Shown: one piece after another, positions 41,640 through 56,980 of the stretch
Numbering within the stretch: position 1 is the first letter of the stretch
How the letters are laid out: every line of letters starts with the position of its first letter
DNA from: the human T2T-CHM13v2.0 reference genome, Homo sapiens
Direction: 5' to 3' (one strand)
NCBI RefSeq assembly: GCF_009914755.1
Contig: NC_060929.1
Length of the DNA: 64,000 nucleotides
The notes under the pieces: generated by a model
Databases searched by the model: none
Seen by the model: the letters and a program-made list of their open reading frames with translations, nothing else
Told to the model about the DNA's origin: nothing
Position numbers and translations under genes: made by a program

Positions 41640-42230
41640 TATTTTTTTATATACTTTAGTCTTCCTGAGTATCTTGGTTTAGGTTAGAAATAATTTTCTC
41701 TCATAATTTCAAAGGCATCTTTCTTGTCAGCACCTTAAATAGTACCTGGTTCAGAGCAAGCACTCAGTAAATCATTGTTGAATGAATTATTTTCTAGCTT
41801 ACAGTGTTGCTGTTTTGAAAAGTGCAATTCCATATGCCATTTTAATGACTGCTCTTTTATATTACCCTGTTTTTCTGTCTGGGAACTTAGCATCTCCTCT
41901 TCATCTCAAGATATTTGATATTTCAGAATGATTTGCATGAGTATAGATTTAAAAAATTATTCTGCTATGCATCAGTGGGCCTTTTTATACAGTGATCTAG
42001 GGTGTTTTATTATGGAAAATTAATATTTGTATTCATTCCCTTTTTGTTATTACCTTTCCTTTAGTCTCCCTTTCTAAATTTTCTAATAGTAAACTATGGA
42101 ATTTCTTGAATAGATTCTAAAATTTTTTATTCCTTTTCTCATACTTTCTATCACTTTGACATTTATTTCATCTTTCTGAGCAGTATCTTCCCCTTTATTT
42201 TTTAACGCTCTGTTTCACTTTTAAAATACC
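41640..42230 (-). mobile_element. HAL1/L1M ORF1-region fragment with a small L2 tail insert (~41728-41790)
   Basis: ttttctctcataatttcaaaggcat...ttctagcttacagtgttgctgtt...atttcagaatgatttgc...cagtgggcctttt. Confidence 0.6.
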
Positions 42231-42244
42231 CTCATCACTTTATG

Positions 42245-42790
42245 TCAGTTAGGTGGTTGGTTACATGAGTCAAAAATTCTGGAACAACTTCTGGTCTGGG
42301 AATATACATTTGGGAATTGTCCACTTAGGTGGAATTTAAAGCCACGAGACTAAATAAGATCACCAAGAGAGTGAGTAGAAGATAAGGAGAAAAAAAGTCC
42401 AAGGACAAAGACCAAGGCATTTAAACTTTTTAGAGTTCAGATCAATGAGTAAGAAATGATAGGGAAAAGAACAGTGACAGAAGGAGAAGGAAACACATGA
42501 GTGTGTGATATCCATTTTCTGTGACAAATGCCACTCATCGGTCAAATGAGATGAGCACTGAGAAGTGACTACTGGCTTTAGCAACAAAGAGGTCATTGGG
42601 TCATTGGTGTTCTTTTAAAAAATGCCATTTAAATAGAACAATGAGGGCAAAAGCCTGAGTGCAGCATGATCAGGAATGAGCAGGGAAATGGGTATTATAG
42701 CAGAGGTTGCAGTCGACTCATTTTGCCATGTAGTAAAGCAGAAATGAAGCTACGGGGGCTGGAATACAGTGTGGTGTATACAGATGTTTT
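42245..42790 (-). mobile_element. L2a fragment
   Basis: atttaaagccacgagactaaataagatcacc...ggtcaaatgagatgagcactgagaagtgaccactggctttagcaac. Confidence 0.8.
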
Positions 42791-43489
42791 TCTGGAAGAC
42801 TGGCTAAACAAATGCTTCCCAGAGAATGGCAGTACCTAGCAAAAACTGTGAAAACAAAGTGACTTCCAGGTATGAAGAGCTTTAAGAGATGAGACATAGC
42901 ATAAGATTTATGTAATGTGAAGTTTTCATAAAAAAATACAATATTGATTATAATGATTGTACCTAAATTCATAAAGTTTGCTGTGAGGCAAGCTCATGCA
43001 AAACAGAAAGTGAATTTTGATATCTCAACTTCTGATGTGTTTCTCATTAAACTCAACTACTATTAATCAATATTTAATTATCCTGACTTTTCACTCAGGA
43101 TATAATCCACAATTTTCTGATACAAAGTGCTTTCAGGTGTTGAAAGGGCAGTTCCTTAGTTGATAAACCCTTATCTTGAATGTGACTGAGTGCAGTTCTT
43201 AAGTGTGTGAGCCACTTACTCCTGTAATAATCTGTCTCAAGCTGCTTTCTTTAGCTCTTTCAACATTTGACCTTAATTATTCAAGATCAGCAACAGAAGA
43301 GGCTACTCATTTTCTTAGGAATATGCATACCCAGATTGTCATGATTTCTTTCTTTCTTTCTGAGGAAGAACCTTTACTGAGATTTTATAACATTTTATTT
43401 GAACTGGAAGAAACTGCTTATTAAAAGAGCCAAAATTTTCTCCTGTGGAAAACTTTAGGGCCTAAAGTCAACATAGCAGAAGCATTTTT

Positions 43490-45130
<1,641 letters not shown>

Positions 45131-45399
45131 TAAAGCAAGCCTTCCTTTCATAGAGGAGACTCCAGGAGGTTGTGATAAGAGGTGTAATAATAGAGTTGAT
45201 CAAGTTACTGAAAGTGTCTGAGCCTCAGTTTCCCATTGAAATAAAAGATAATTGAAGGTTAGCAAGCATGGTCTCAAACCCTCTTGTCTTCTCAGTCTGT
45301 GTACTTTGTGTAGGTAAGACCTTGATTTCAGTGTCTACTAATACTCAGATTGGTCTCAGACTTACATCTCTATATGAGGTTTCCTCTGACATGCAGCCT

Positions 45400-45680
45400 T
45401 CCTGTACGTGAATTTGAAACACTTTAAAGTCTTCCCTTAATGACATCTGCAAAGCTTCATGCAATCGTCTGCTGCCTACCTCTTGTAGCCTCATCTTGCA
45501 CCACATTCCTTTGGTTTTCTGCACTCCAGAAACCCTGGCCTTACTTCAGTTTCTCCAGAGCACTGCACTCTACCCCTCCACTGAGCCTTTCACACGCTCT
45601 TCTCTCATCTGGAATGTTCTTATTGCCCTAAACCCTTCTCCACCTGTGCCTAGTTAACTCCTAATATAATTTATGTCTCC
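45400..45680 (+). mobile_element. L2 fragment
   Basis: ctgcactccagaaaccctggccttacttcagtttc...gagcctttcacacgct...tctggaatgttctt...ttaactcct. Confidence 0.7.
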
Positions 45681-46246
45681 GGTAAATACTGCCAATGCTA
45701 TATCTTAACCATATAAGTTGCTTCAAGTTAATTTTTTCCTGGACATTTTATGAAATCTGGGATGCAGAAATCATACAGTATCCTCTGCTCTCCTTGTGAC
45801 AGCCTTCCTGGGTTCACTGGCTTGCTGTTTTTGGCTCCCAGCTGGAAAAGTAGGACTAGCATTCATTTTTATTTCAACTCATATTGGGAAAGAAATATGA
45901 TGTCAGCTTGCTTTCTAATTGTAACAAAATTCTCTGCGGCTGTACTTAAATATTACAAAAAGGTAATGTTACTTTGTACAACTATGTAACAAACTTACTA
46001 AATCTCTCTTAGAAAGTATTTCAGATGCCAGTTTGTGAAACATCAGTGGGTGTTTACAAGGAATAAAGCATAGCACAACCACCCTGGCCATTCTTAACTG
46101 TCTGACAGATTCAATACCAGGAAGAACACTGGGAAAAGCCTTTCTTCTTCTTTTTTCTCTTTCCCAGGGCACAGAGCTTCATGCCCATAAGGGATCCTCT
46201 ATCCTGATGATCCTATCACTACAAATGGATTATTTTGAATAGAGGC

Positions 46247-46494
46247 TGTATTAGTTTCTTAGGGCTATGGTAACAAAGTATTACAAACTAGGTGACTTAA
46301 AACAACAGAAATTTGTTTCACAGTTCTGGATGATGGAAGTCTGAAATCAAGGCACCAACAGGGCTGTGCTCACTCTGAAATCTGTGGAAGTGAATCCTTC
46401 CTTGCCTCTCCTAGCCTCTTGTGGAGTGCCTGCAATGTGCACATCCCTTCGTTTACAGCTGCAGCACTTCAATCTCTGTCTCTGTTGTCACATG
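46247..46494 (-). mobile_element. MLT1C-like MaLR LTR (partial)
   Basis: tgtattagtttcttagggct...aaaacaacagaaattt...gaagtctgaaatcaagg...gaatccttccttgcctct. Confidence 0.85.
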
Positions 46495-46559
46495 AAATTG
46501 GGTAAGATGATAGAATTCTTTAGATATGGTATGGAATAAGCCCACCAGGAAAATAAAAT

Positions 46560-47720
46560 GACTTAAAAGAAAACCAGCGCAACTTTGTGTCTCATGCTGA
46601 AAACAACAAAACTGCTTGCTTAAGATAGAAACATAATTCTTTTAGAAGGATCAATGAGTTAAGAGTAAGGAATTAGGTCTAGGGACTGAGAAGTAGGTGG
46701 AGCACTGCAGCTGGATTTTACTTTGAAGTTTTTTTGAGCAAAATTAACATGAGCTTTGGTTTTTGTGGGCTTGAATGCCTCAAAAAAGGTGAGACAGCTT
46801 AAAGTTCCACTCGTGTTGAGGAGCCTAATAGAGATCCTCACCTTTCCCATAAAGGTGAGATCCAAATAGCCATACCTTCAATGTAAAAGTAAACTCAGAA
46901 AACTACCTCCTCCAATCTTGGGCTTAAATGAAACTCAACTCTCTCACACACAGGTGCTGAATGGAAGGGAAAACAAAATTTTTGAGAACTTCTAACCACA
47001 AACCAATTCTCAAATTCATTTGAAGCCTAAATACACAGCACATGGGTGGTCTACAAACCTCAAGCTGAGAATTTAATTTAGACTGATCGCAAAGTGTTGG
47101 TGTCCCAAAGACCACCTGGCAGAAGCAAATGGAAATCTCTGCAGGAACCCATCATCATGCCCCAACTCAGTGATTTTTCATAATAAATTTTAAAGCAATT
47201 GAGCAGCCCACAATAAAAAATAACTAAACAAGACACCATGAGGAAGGACCAGCAGAAACAATAAACAGTAGAAACAGACTCTCAGAAATTTGAAGGACAG
47301 TGAAATATAATACATAATTATAAAATATATTTCCTTATAGGAAATAAAAGCCAAGTTTAAAAATATGTGTAGGAAATAAGGAATGATACTAAATGACCAA
47401 ACAACTTCAAGGAAGAAAAAAAATTAGAAATAAAATATATAATTGGAATAAAAAATTCAAAAGACATTTTTAACCTAAAATGCATCTAATAGAAGAAAGA
47501 TTTAGTGAATTGAATGAAAGATCTGAAAAATTTATCCAGAATACAACACAAATAGGCAAAGAGATAAAAAGTATGAAGGATAGATTAAGAGGCATTGAGG
47601 AACTGGTAAGTCTAACATTTGTCTACTTGGACTCTAAGAAGGAAAAGAGAGCATAGAACAGAGGTAATATTTGAGAACAAATGGATAAGAATTTTCCAGA
47701 ATTGATAAAGGAAAAAACTT
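46560..47720 (+). mobile_element. Old L1M/HAL1 5' region and ORF1 remnant
   Basis: cacctggcagaagcaaat...caccatgaggaaggaccagcagaaacaa...agaagaaagatttagtgaattg...aagaattttccagaattgat. Confidence 0.6.
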
Positions 47721-48023
47721 AAAACTTAAATAATAAGCCATTATATTTCTACCAGACTGGGGTAAAAAGTAAAAGCCTGATAATATCAAATGTTAGCAAG
47801 AATATAGAAAAATGGGAGCATTCATACATTACTAGAGGGAGTATAAATTGGCATGATCACTTTGGAAAATAGTTTGGCATTGTCTATGAATATGAAACTG
47901 TGTAATTTGTAACTTAGCAATTTTAGTGGGTAAATATCCTTAAACAAAGCTCATGCACATGTGCACCATTTACATAGACAAGGATATTCAAAACAGTATT
48001 GTTCTGTAAGAAAAAAAAAACAT

Positions 48024-48355
48024 TGCTGCTGTTTGAATGTCCCCCAAAATTCATGTATGGAAACTTAATTGCCAATGTGATTTTATTAAGAAGTGGGGCC
48101 TTTAGGAAATTATTAAGCCAGAAGGTGTAGCACTTATGTATGGCATTAGGGCCCTTATAGGAGAGGTTGAAGGACTGAATTCCTTCTCTTCCACTCTTCT
48201 GCCATGTGAGGATGCAGCAAGAAGACTCATCAGACACGAAATGCTACCACCTTCATTGTAGACTTCAGCCTTCACAACTGCAGGAAATAAATGTCTGTGT
48301 TCATGAATTACCCTGTCTTAGGCATTTTGGCATAGCAACACAAATAGACTAGACA
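48024..48355 (+). mobile_element. MSTD-like MaLR solo LTR
   Basis: tgctgctgtttgaatgtcccccaaaattcatgt...gccatgtgaggatgcagcaagaag...tagcaacacaaatagactagaca. Confidence 0.85.
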
Positions 48356-48430
48356 TCTATCAAGAGTAGAATGGATAAATACATTTGGTATATTCTTAAA
48401 AAGCAATATTTTATGACAATAAAATATAAG

Positions 48431-49508
48431 TGTTATGGGATCTTTGGGGTGTAAATTTTCTGGCCAGAAACCTCTGTTGCCAGTGGCATCTTTGCCTGAG
48501 TTCTTGTCCTGCATCCAGGAAGAATGAGGCATGCAGAAAAGTGGAGGGTGAACAAGATGAAGAGAGCTTTATGAAGTGTTAGAACAGCTCAGAGGAGACC
48601 CACAGTAGGTAGCTCCTCTCTGTAGGCAGGTCATACCATGGACTGTTCAGCTCTCAGCAGAGAGGAAGCCCTGGAGGGGGGCAGCTCCTCTGTGCAGCTG
48701 GTTGTCCTGTCTTCTGCCCAGCTCCTAGCAGATAGGAGACCCTGGAGTGGGTTGCTCCACTCTGGTAGTCCCAGTGTCACTGCAGGTCTTTGAAGCCCTC
48801 AGCAGAAAGGGTAGCTCCTCTCTGCGGCTGGTTGTCTGGTCTGGTCTGCTCAGCTCTGGCTGAGCCTGGGGCTTTTATGGGTCTCAGAGGGGAGGTAGTG
48901 CACACCGATTGGTCCATGGGCAGCCTTGAAAAGGTACCAGTTCCCACTCCCATCTGTGGGACTGGCAGCCCAGCCCCCAGCCTTCAGGCCCTCTCTGGCC
49001 TGAAGGTGGAGCCTCAACAGGGACCCACCCCCTTCCAGCCAGGAATTTGCCTCCTGCTGCTGTTCATGGCCACTGGGCTCCACCAGACTTTGTTCCAAGT
49101 TCGAAGAGGGTACAGATAGCAGGGAGAAGTCAGGCAGCGGGAGCAGGCACTTCTGAGCCTGTGAAGACATGGGGGGCCTTCCTGGGCCCACAAGAGTGCA
49201 GGGATGCCTGAGTCTGTAGCCAAGGGTTGGGCAGCTATAGCTGCAGGGGGGCAGTGGGGCTCCTGCAGGTCTGCAGCCCTGGTTTGGGTGGCTGCAGCTG
49301 TGCCTGGGAGGGCAGGGCTGCTGCCTGCTCCCAGACCCCCAAGAGCACAGGGAGGCTTGGATCTTCAGCCACAACTTGGGCGGCTGCAGCCCCACCCAGG
49401 AGGACAGGGCTCCTGGCCACTCTGTGGAGTGTGCAGCCCTAGCCACACCTCTCTGAATCAGCCTGGGTGATGGCAGTGGCAAACTGTCTGGAGCAGCCAC
49501 TGCTATCA
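48431..49508 (-). mobile_element. MER52 (ERV1) solo LTR
   Basis: tgttatgggatctttggggtg...cagctcagaggagaccc...ggagcagccactgctatca; GC-rich; 4-bp TSD TAAG/CAAG. Confidence 0.88.
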
Positions 49509-50479
49509 CAAGCAACATCATCAACATAAAAGAATATTAAAAACACAACATTGAATACAATAATCAAATCACAAAGGATAATAGGCACTGAATTTAGCTT
49601 TGTTTTGCTAGTTCATGGCTCCTAAGGTATATAGTATCAGTTAGACCTTGCAAAGTTACATTGTTTATTTTGGCAATGGAATTTCATGTATACTTACAGA
49701 TCTTTAGGAATGAAATTATCTAACCACGGCTTCAAAAATTCTGTTCTTTGTGGTGGAAACTGATCTTTCTAATCTATGGTTATTTTTAGAAATGTTGTTC
49801 TGAATGATGGTAGTGATCACAAAATTGTCTGCCAGCAGCCTTAAGGTCTTTCTGTTCATGTCTGCATCATTGTCAGTAAAAATGGAGGTGCCCAGAATAC
49901 TATAAAAACATAAACTCCTATGAAATCATAGGAAGCTGGAACATGTGGTGGATTGTGATTGTGGAATTGACTCATAGGAATTGGGGATGGGATTGAAGAA
50001 TCGGAAATGAGAAATTCAAATCAATTGGGTTTATATGCTTGAGTGGCAGAAAGGCCCTAAGAAACAGTATTATAAATATAATACAGAAAATTTGGAAGCA
50101 TCAGGATAAAATACCAGGATTAAAAAAGATGGTTATCCATAATCCCAACACCAATGTCAATTAGATGTTAGAAAATATCTAATAATATACGATAATTGTA
50201 ATTGTAAATATCAGTGGATTCAAGGACAATCCAGAGTCTTAGAGTATATTTTACCCTTAATTTAACCTAAATTTTGTTAATACATTTCAGTGATTTATTC
50301 AATTACTTTTTTGTTTTTTACTATGGATACTCCCAAATTTTCCCAATTTTTTTTAGTATGGATACTCCCAAATTTCAGTTGTAATTATTGCATGAGGGCT
50401 GCAGAAGTTTCCTCTTGCTCCTCCATGAGTAATGGGGGAAGAATAGTGAGTATGTTGGTGATGGGTGGGAGGCAGTGGA

Positions 50480-50680
50480 TTTGAGTATACAGACTGCCAT
50501 ACTTAGCCGTATGGCCTCAGAGCTTCTCCAAACCTTGTATTTTCTTGGGTAAAATGGGAATAAAATATCTTCTTTGCCTACCTCAAAGGGTCAATGGAGA
50601 CATCAAACCAGAAATGACTCTAAAACACTTTATAAAATATAATGTATTCTAAAAATGTAAGAGGTATCATCATTATCATT
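50480..50680 (+). mobile_element. MIR SINE
   Basis: gtaaaatgggaataaaatatc...cctacctcaaagggtc...aaaacactttataaa. Confidence 0.7.
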
Positions 50681-51067
50681 GTTTATACTAATGGGATAAA
50701 CAATAGTGTAAATAATTAAGAGACATTCTCTCCCATGACTTTCATTTTATACTTACCAGTCTTTTTAAAAATGCAGAAGTAAACATGTTCTTTGCAAGCA
50801 ACACAAATATAGAAGTATACATAAAAATGACAAAAATTTCTCTTCTCCTGACTTCATTCATTACTCTGATCTAGTATGATTTCTAAATACTTCTCATCAT
50901 ATGCATATAATTATGTATTATTCATACATTGCCTAACTAAGGGCACCTATTCAGTCTCCATCCCGTTGCTAGGACTAACAATATTCCAATAAATAGCCAA
51001 AATATAGACAAAACAGTCTATATTTCTAGACTATTTTAAGTGCATACTCAAACTTATGTTAAAACTT

Positions 51068-51290
51068 TGATTCATTCAACAAATGATAATGAATGTCTAC
51101 TATATGCCAGGTATTTTTCTGGATGACAGCGACATAGCAGTGTCTTAGTAAGACAAATCAGGTTTATACTCTCATGGCCCTTACATTCTAGGGTGAGCAT
51201 GCAAAAAATATGCAAACAATAAATATAACAAGAAAAATGTTACATATTGATAAGTGCTATGCAAACAAAGCAAGTTGATGTGAATGACAC
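51068..51290 (-). mobile_element. L2a 3' end
   Basis: attcattcaacaaat...ctactatatgccagg...ctctcatggcccttacattctag...tgataagtgctatg. Confidence 0.85.
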
Positions 51291-52464
51291 TACACAGACA
51301 AACAGGAAGCATGCACAATTGACTATTAATTGAATTATTGTTAGTGCTAGCAAAAGGATGGAGGCTGAATAGATGCCCTTAGCTAGACAGTGTATAGATA
51401 ACATATAATTATATGCCTATGATGAGAAGCATTCAGAAATCATACTAGATTTGCATATAGCAATATAGGTTAATATCCAAACACATCAATGAATTTAAAA
51501 AGGAAGTACAATAAAGTTTATTTTGTAATACCATTTATATAAATTAAAAGCCAACATATAACATATTGCATTTTTTAATTAATATAAGTATGTGCAAATA
51601 AATAAGGTAAGGTAGATGAAAAGGACATAAGTGACATAAATGAGGATGAGTATCTATTAGGAAAAAGAAGGGGAATTGGAGATGGTGAACAAAGAGGGCA
51701 AACAATGACAAAACAAAACTGTTTTGTCAGAAACAATGTTTAGGCCTTTCACAGGCTAGTGATGAAAACATGCATGGTCATCTTAATTTTGGGCACATTA
51801 AATTAAAAGGAAAAAGGAAAGTAAAAAGAAATAGTAAGGAAAGTAAGAAAGAGAAATGACTAAGATGATTTCTTTACGTTATGAGGCTAGGAAAGTATCT
51901 CTGAGAGGGGTATATATGCTGAGATTTGAGATACAAGAAATTACTCATGGAAATATCAGAAGGAATTGCAAGCATTCAAGGTAAGCAAAACAGCTAGGAA
52001 GAGATCCTATGATGAGAATAAACTGTAACACAGAGATGCATACATATATGGATTCCAAAAATAATAACTCGATAGCCTCTGTTTTTTTGCAGTATGATGG
52101 ACTGGATACTCAAGACCATATGATAAAAACAATTAAACTTGCTGATAAAAATATAAAATTAAAAACAACATATTTGAAAAATGGGCAAGAGATATGAATA
52201 AACAATTGTTAGAATACATAGGAATCTGATTGACCAATAAGTATGTGAAAAGATCTTGACTATTAAACTCTGAATTGTAACTTAGAAACCACAGTAAAAG
52301 GAAAATTCCACTTATGGTTAGGATGCAGAAGGTTACAGAAGAATGTTGAAGTGAAGAAAATGTAAATCTGAAGTCTTGCCAGTGCTTCAATCTCAAACTC
52401 TGATAAAGAGAAATTGCTGATACTGCCCCTCAAAATATTTGAAGTTAGTGGTGAAGTGAATCTA

Positions 52465-52516
52465 ATTAAAGCTGTAATGAAGCCCACATATTAAAGCTGT
52501 AACGAAGCCCACATAT
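52465..52516. repeat. 25-bp tandem duplication
   Basis: attaaagctgtaa(t/c)gaagcccacat x2. Confidence 0.93.
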
Positions 52517-55249
52517 GTAGTCACTCAACTACATATTCGATTAACTTACTTCACCACAATGGTGACACAACAGTAAAAGGGATAATGCCTTTTGGTGGGG
52601 TGTAAATATTATTTCAGTCTCTATTGTTCCTTTACACATATATATTTTTAAAAATCACATAACACATGAAGAAGTAAAGGTCTCTTCTGACTTCCTACCT
52701 CTAAATGAAAACAAAATTAGATGGGAAAAGAGAAAACAAATACCAAGATATTATGCCTAAACCCAACTGTAACATAATTTCATTGAATGTAAATGGACTA
52801 AATATTCAAATAAAAAGTTAGATTGTTCGGATTGATTACAACTTTTTTTGTCAGAGATATAAGGTCTGTGTCTAAATTCATTTTGTGTGTGTGTATGTAT
52901 GTCCAATTGTTACAGCAGCACTCATTGAAAAGACAGTCTTTGCTCCATTGCTTTGCTTTTGCTCATTTATCAAAGATCAGTTGAATATATTTATGTGGGC
53001 CTGTTTCTGGGTTCTCTATTCTGTTCCATTGATCAATTTCCTGTTCTTTTACCAATACCACACTGTCTTGATTACTGCTGCTTTATAGTAAGTCTTGAAG
53101 TCAGGTATATCAATTTTCTAACTTCATTTTTCTCCTTTAAAAGAGTTATTCTTGGTCTTTTGCCTCTTCATATAAACTTTAGAATCAGTTTGTCTGTATC
53201 CACAAAAGTGCATACTGTGATTTTGACTGGGATTGCATTGAAACTATAGATCAAACTATGGTTCAAGAAACTATTGACATCTTGACAATATTGAGTTTTC
53301 CTATCCGTGAATATGGAAAATTTCTCCATTTATTTAGTTATTCTTTCGAAGCTTTCATCTGAGTTTTATAGTTTTCTTCATATTTTTTATATAACTTGTT
53401 AGATTTATACCTAAGTATTTCACTTTTTGGGGGCTAATATAAGTGGTAGTGTGTTTTTAATTCCAAATTCCATTTTTTATTACTAGTATATAGAAAAGAA
53501 ATGGACTTTTGTATGTTAACCCTGCATCCCATGACCTTATATAATGGCTTATTGTTTCCAAGTTTTTGTGGTTGTTGATGGTTCTTTTAGGCTTTTTACA
53601 TAAACAATCATCTCATCTGTGAACAAAGACAGTTTTATCTTTTCCTGTCCAATCTATATATTTTATATTTTTAAAATTTTCTTATTCCATTAGTTAGGAC
53701 TTCTAGGACAATGTTGAAAAGCAATGGTGTGAGGGCATATCCTTGCCTTGTTCCTGATCTGAGTAGGAAAACTGAGTTTTTCATCACTGTTAATGATGTT
53801 AGCTGTGGGGTTTTGTAAGTGTTCTTTATCAAGTTGAGGAAATTCCCCTCTATTTCTATTTTGCTGAAAATTTTTATCATGAATGGGTGTTAGATTTTGT
53901 CAAAAGCTTTTTCTGCATGCAGACATAAGATGATGTGATTTTTCTTCTTTATCCTGTTCATGTGATGCATGGTATTAATTGGGTTTTGAATGTTGAACAA
54001 TCCTTGCATACCTGGGATAAATCCCACTTGGTTGTGGTGTATAATTAGTTTTATACATTGTTGGATTTGATTTGATAATGTTTTGTTGAGGATTGTTGCA
54101 TCTATGTTCATGAGAGATATCAGTCTGTAATTTTCTTATCATTTCCTTGTCTTGTTTTGGTATGAGGGTAATATTGACTAAGGAAATTCATCTTTAAATG
54201 TTTGGTAGAAGTCACCATTGAACCCATCTGGGCCTGGCACTTTCTGTTTGGAAGGTTATCAATTATTGATTTATTTCTTTAATAGATGTATTGTATATTT
54301 CTTGTATGTGAATTTTGGTAGACTGTGTCTTTTAGGAATTTGGTCCATTTTATCTAGGTTATCAAATTTGTGGGCATAAAGTTGTTCATAATACTTTTAT
54401 CATCTTTTTAATATCCATTGGATCTGTATTGATGCTTCTTTTTTTATTTCTGATGTTAATAATTAGAGCCTGCTTTAGTTCTTTGTTAGCTACCCTGACT
54501 AGAGGTATATCAATTTTATTGATCTTTTTTCACAGAGCCAGCTTTTGGTTTTGCTGATTTTTTTCCATAAATTTTCTTTCACTTTTACTGATTTCTGCTC
54601 TATTTTTTAATTATTTCTTTTCTTCTGCTTACATTGAATTTAATTTTATATTCTTTTTCTAGTTTTCTAATACTTTATTTTATATCTTTTTCTTTTCTAA
54701 GAAATACATTCAATGCTATAAATTTCTAAGCACTGCTTTTGCTGCATCACAGACATTTTGATAAGTTGTATTTTCATTTTTGCTCATTCCAAAATATTTT
54801 TTAAATTTTCTTGAGATTTCTTCTTTGATCCATGTTATTTAGAAGTGGATCTGAATATTAATCACCAAATATTTTGGAATTTTCCAGATATCTTTATGTT
54901 ACTGTTTTCTAGTTTAATTCCATTGTGATCTAATAGAAGACCTTGTGTGAATTGTATTGTTTTAAATTTTTTAAGGTGTGTCTTATGTATGGCCCAGAAA
55001 GTGGTCTATCTTGAAGCTTCCATGTTAGCTGGCAAATAATGTGCACTCTGCTGTTGTTTGATGAAGTAGTCTATTGATGTCAATTAATCCAGTTAATTGA
55101 TGGTGATGTGGTGATGTTGAGTTCCATTGTGCCTTAGTGATTTGTCTACTGTATCTGTCCATTTCTGATAGCGGAGTGTTCAAGTTCCAACTATAATAGT
55201 AGATTTATCCATTTCTCCTTGCAATTCTATCAGTTTTTGCCTCACATGT

Positions 55250-55537
55250 TTTTTTAAAATTTTTATTTATTTATTTTTTGAGACAGGGTCTCACTCTGTC
55301 ACCCAGGCTGGAGTGCAGTGGTACAATCATGGTTGACGACTCACTGCCACCTCGATCTCCCAGGATCAGGTGATCTTCCTACCTCAGCCTCCCTCCTATC
55401 TGGTACTACAAGTTCCTACCATGATGACTGGCTAATTTTTGTAATTTCTGTAGAACTGAGGATTTGCCATGTTGCTGAGGCTGGTCTCAAACTCCTGGGC
55501 TCAAGCAATCCACCTACCTTGGCCTCCCAAAGTGTTG
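55250..55537 (-). mobile_element. AluJ lacking its first ~30 nt
   Basis: gagacagggtctcactctgtcacccagg...ctcctgggctcaagcaatcc; stops at cccaaagtgttg. Confidence 0.88.
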
Positions 55538-55730
55538 ATGCTTTGTTGTTAGTCACATATATGTGAAAGATTGTTATGTCTTCGTATTGACCCCTTTTTA
55601 TTATGTGATTTCACTTTTATTCCCAATAGCTTTCCTGCTCTAAAGTCTCTAAAGTCTGCTCTAATATTAACATAGCTACTCCCACTTTCTTTTGATTAGT
55701 ATTAACAAGGGATATGTTAACATGGGATAA

Positions 55731-56041
<311 letters not shown>

Positions 56042-56617
56042 TGTCCCTTTATTTTTAATCTATATATGCTTTTATGTTTAAAGTAAGTTTATTGTAGATA
56101 GCATGTAGTTGGATTTTGTTCTGTCAATTGGTGTATTTAGACCATTGGCCTTTAAGATGATTATTGATATATTTGGATTGATAGCTACCATATTCATTAC
56201 TGTTTTCGATTTATTATCCTTGTTTTTTTGGTTCCTATGTTTGTTTTACACACTTTTTCTGTCTTTTGTGGTTTTAACTGAGTGTATTATAGTGTTATAT
56301 AATTATATTTTCTCTCCTTTCTTAGCATATCAATGATACCTCTTTAATTTTTTTACTTTTTTTTTTTAGTGATAGCCCCAGAGTTTGCATATACATTTAC
56401 AACTAATCCAGGTCCTCTTTCAAATAACACTACAGTGCTTCACCAAAAGTGCAAGTAACTCACAACAAAATATCCCTAATTCTTTCTCCCATTGGTTATA
56501 TCATTGCTGTCATTCATTTTACTTACATACAAGCATACACAAACAAATTATCAAATACCTTATTGCTCTTATTATTTTGAGCAAACTATTATCTATTAGA
56601 TTAATTGAGAATGTGCA

Positions 56618-56980
<363 letters not shown>

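Larger units (their letters stand above)
47735..49590 (+). mobile_element. Old L1M 3' region hosting MSTD and MER52
   Basis: ctgataatatcaaatgttagcaag...gtataaattggcatgatcactttggaaaatagtttggca; resumes agtagaatggataaatacatttggtatatt. Confidence 0.7.

Noticed and set aside
46837-46859. 9-bp perfect hairpin ctcaccttt/aaaggtgag (similar 8-bp one at 63521-63540)
   Set aside because: Short inverted repeats are expected by chance in 64 kb; this one lies in an old LINE
48850-49527. 225-aa ORF and overlapping ORFs
   Set aside because: Lie within the GC-rich MER52 LTR; stop-poor by composition, no recognisable domain
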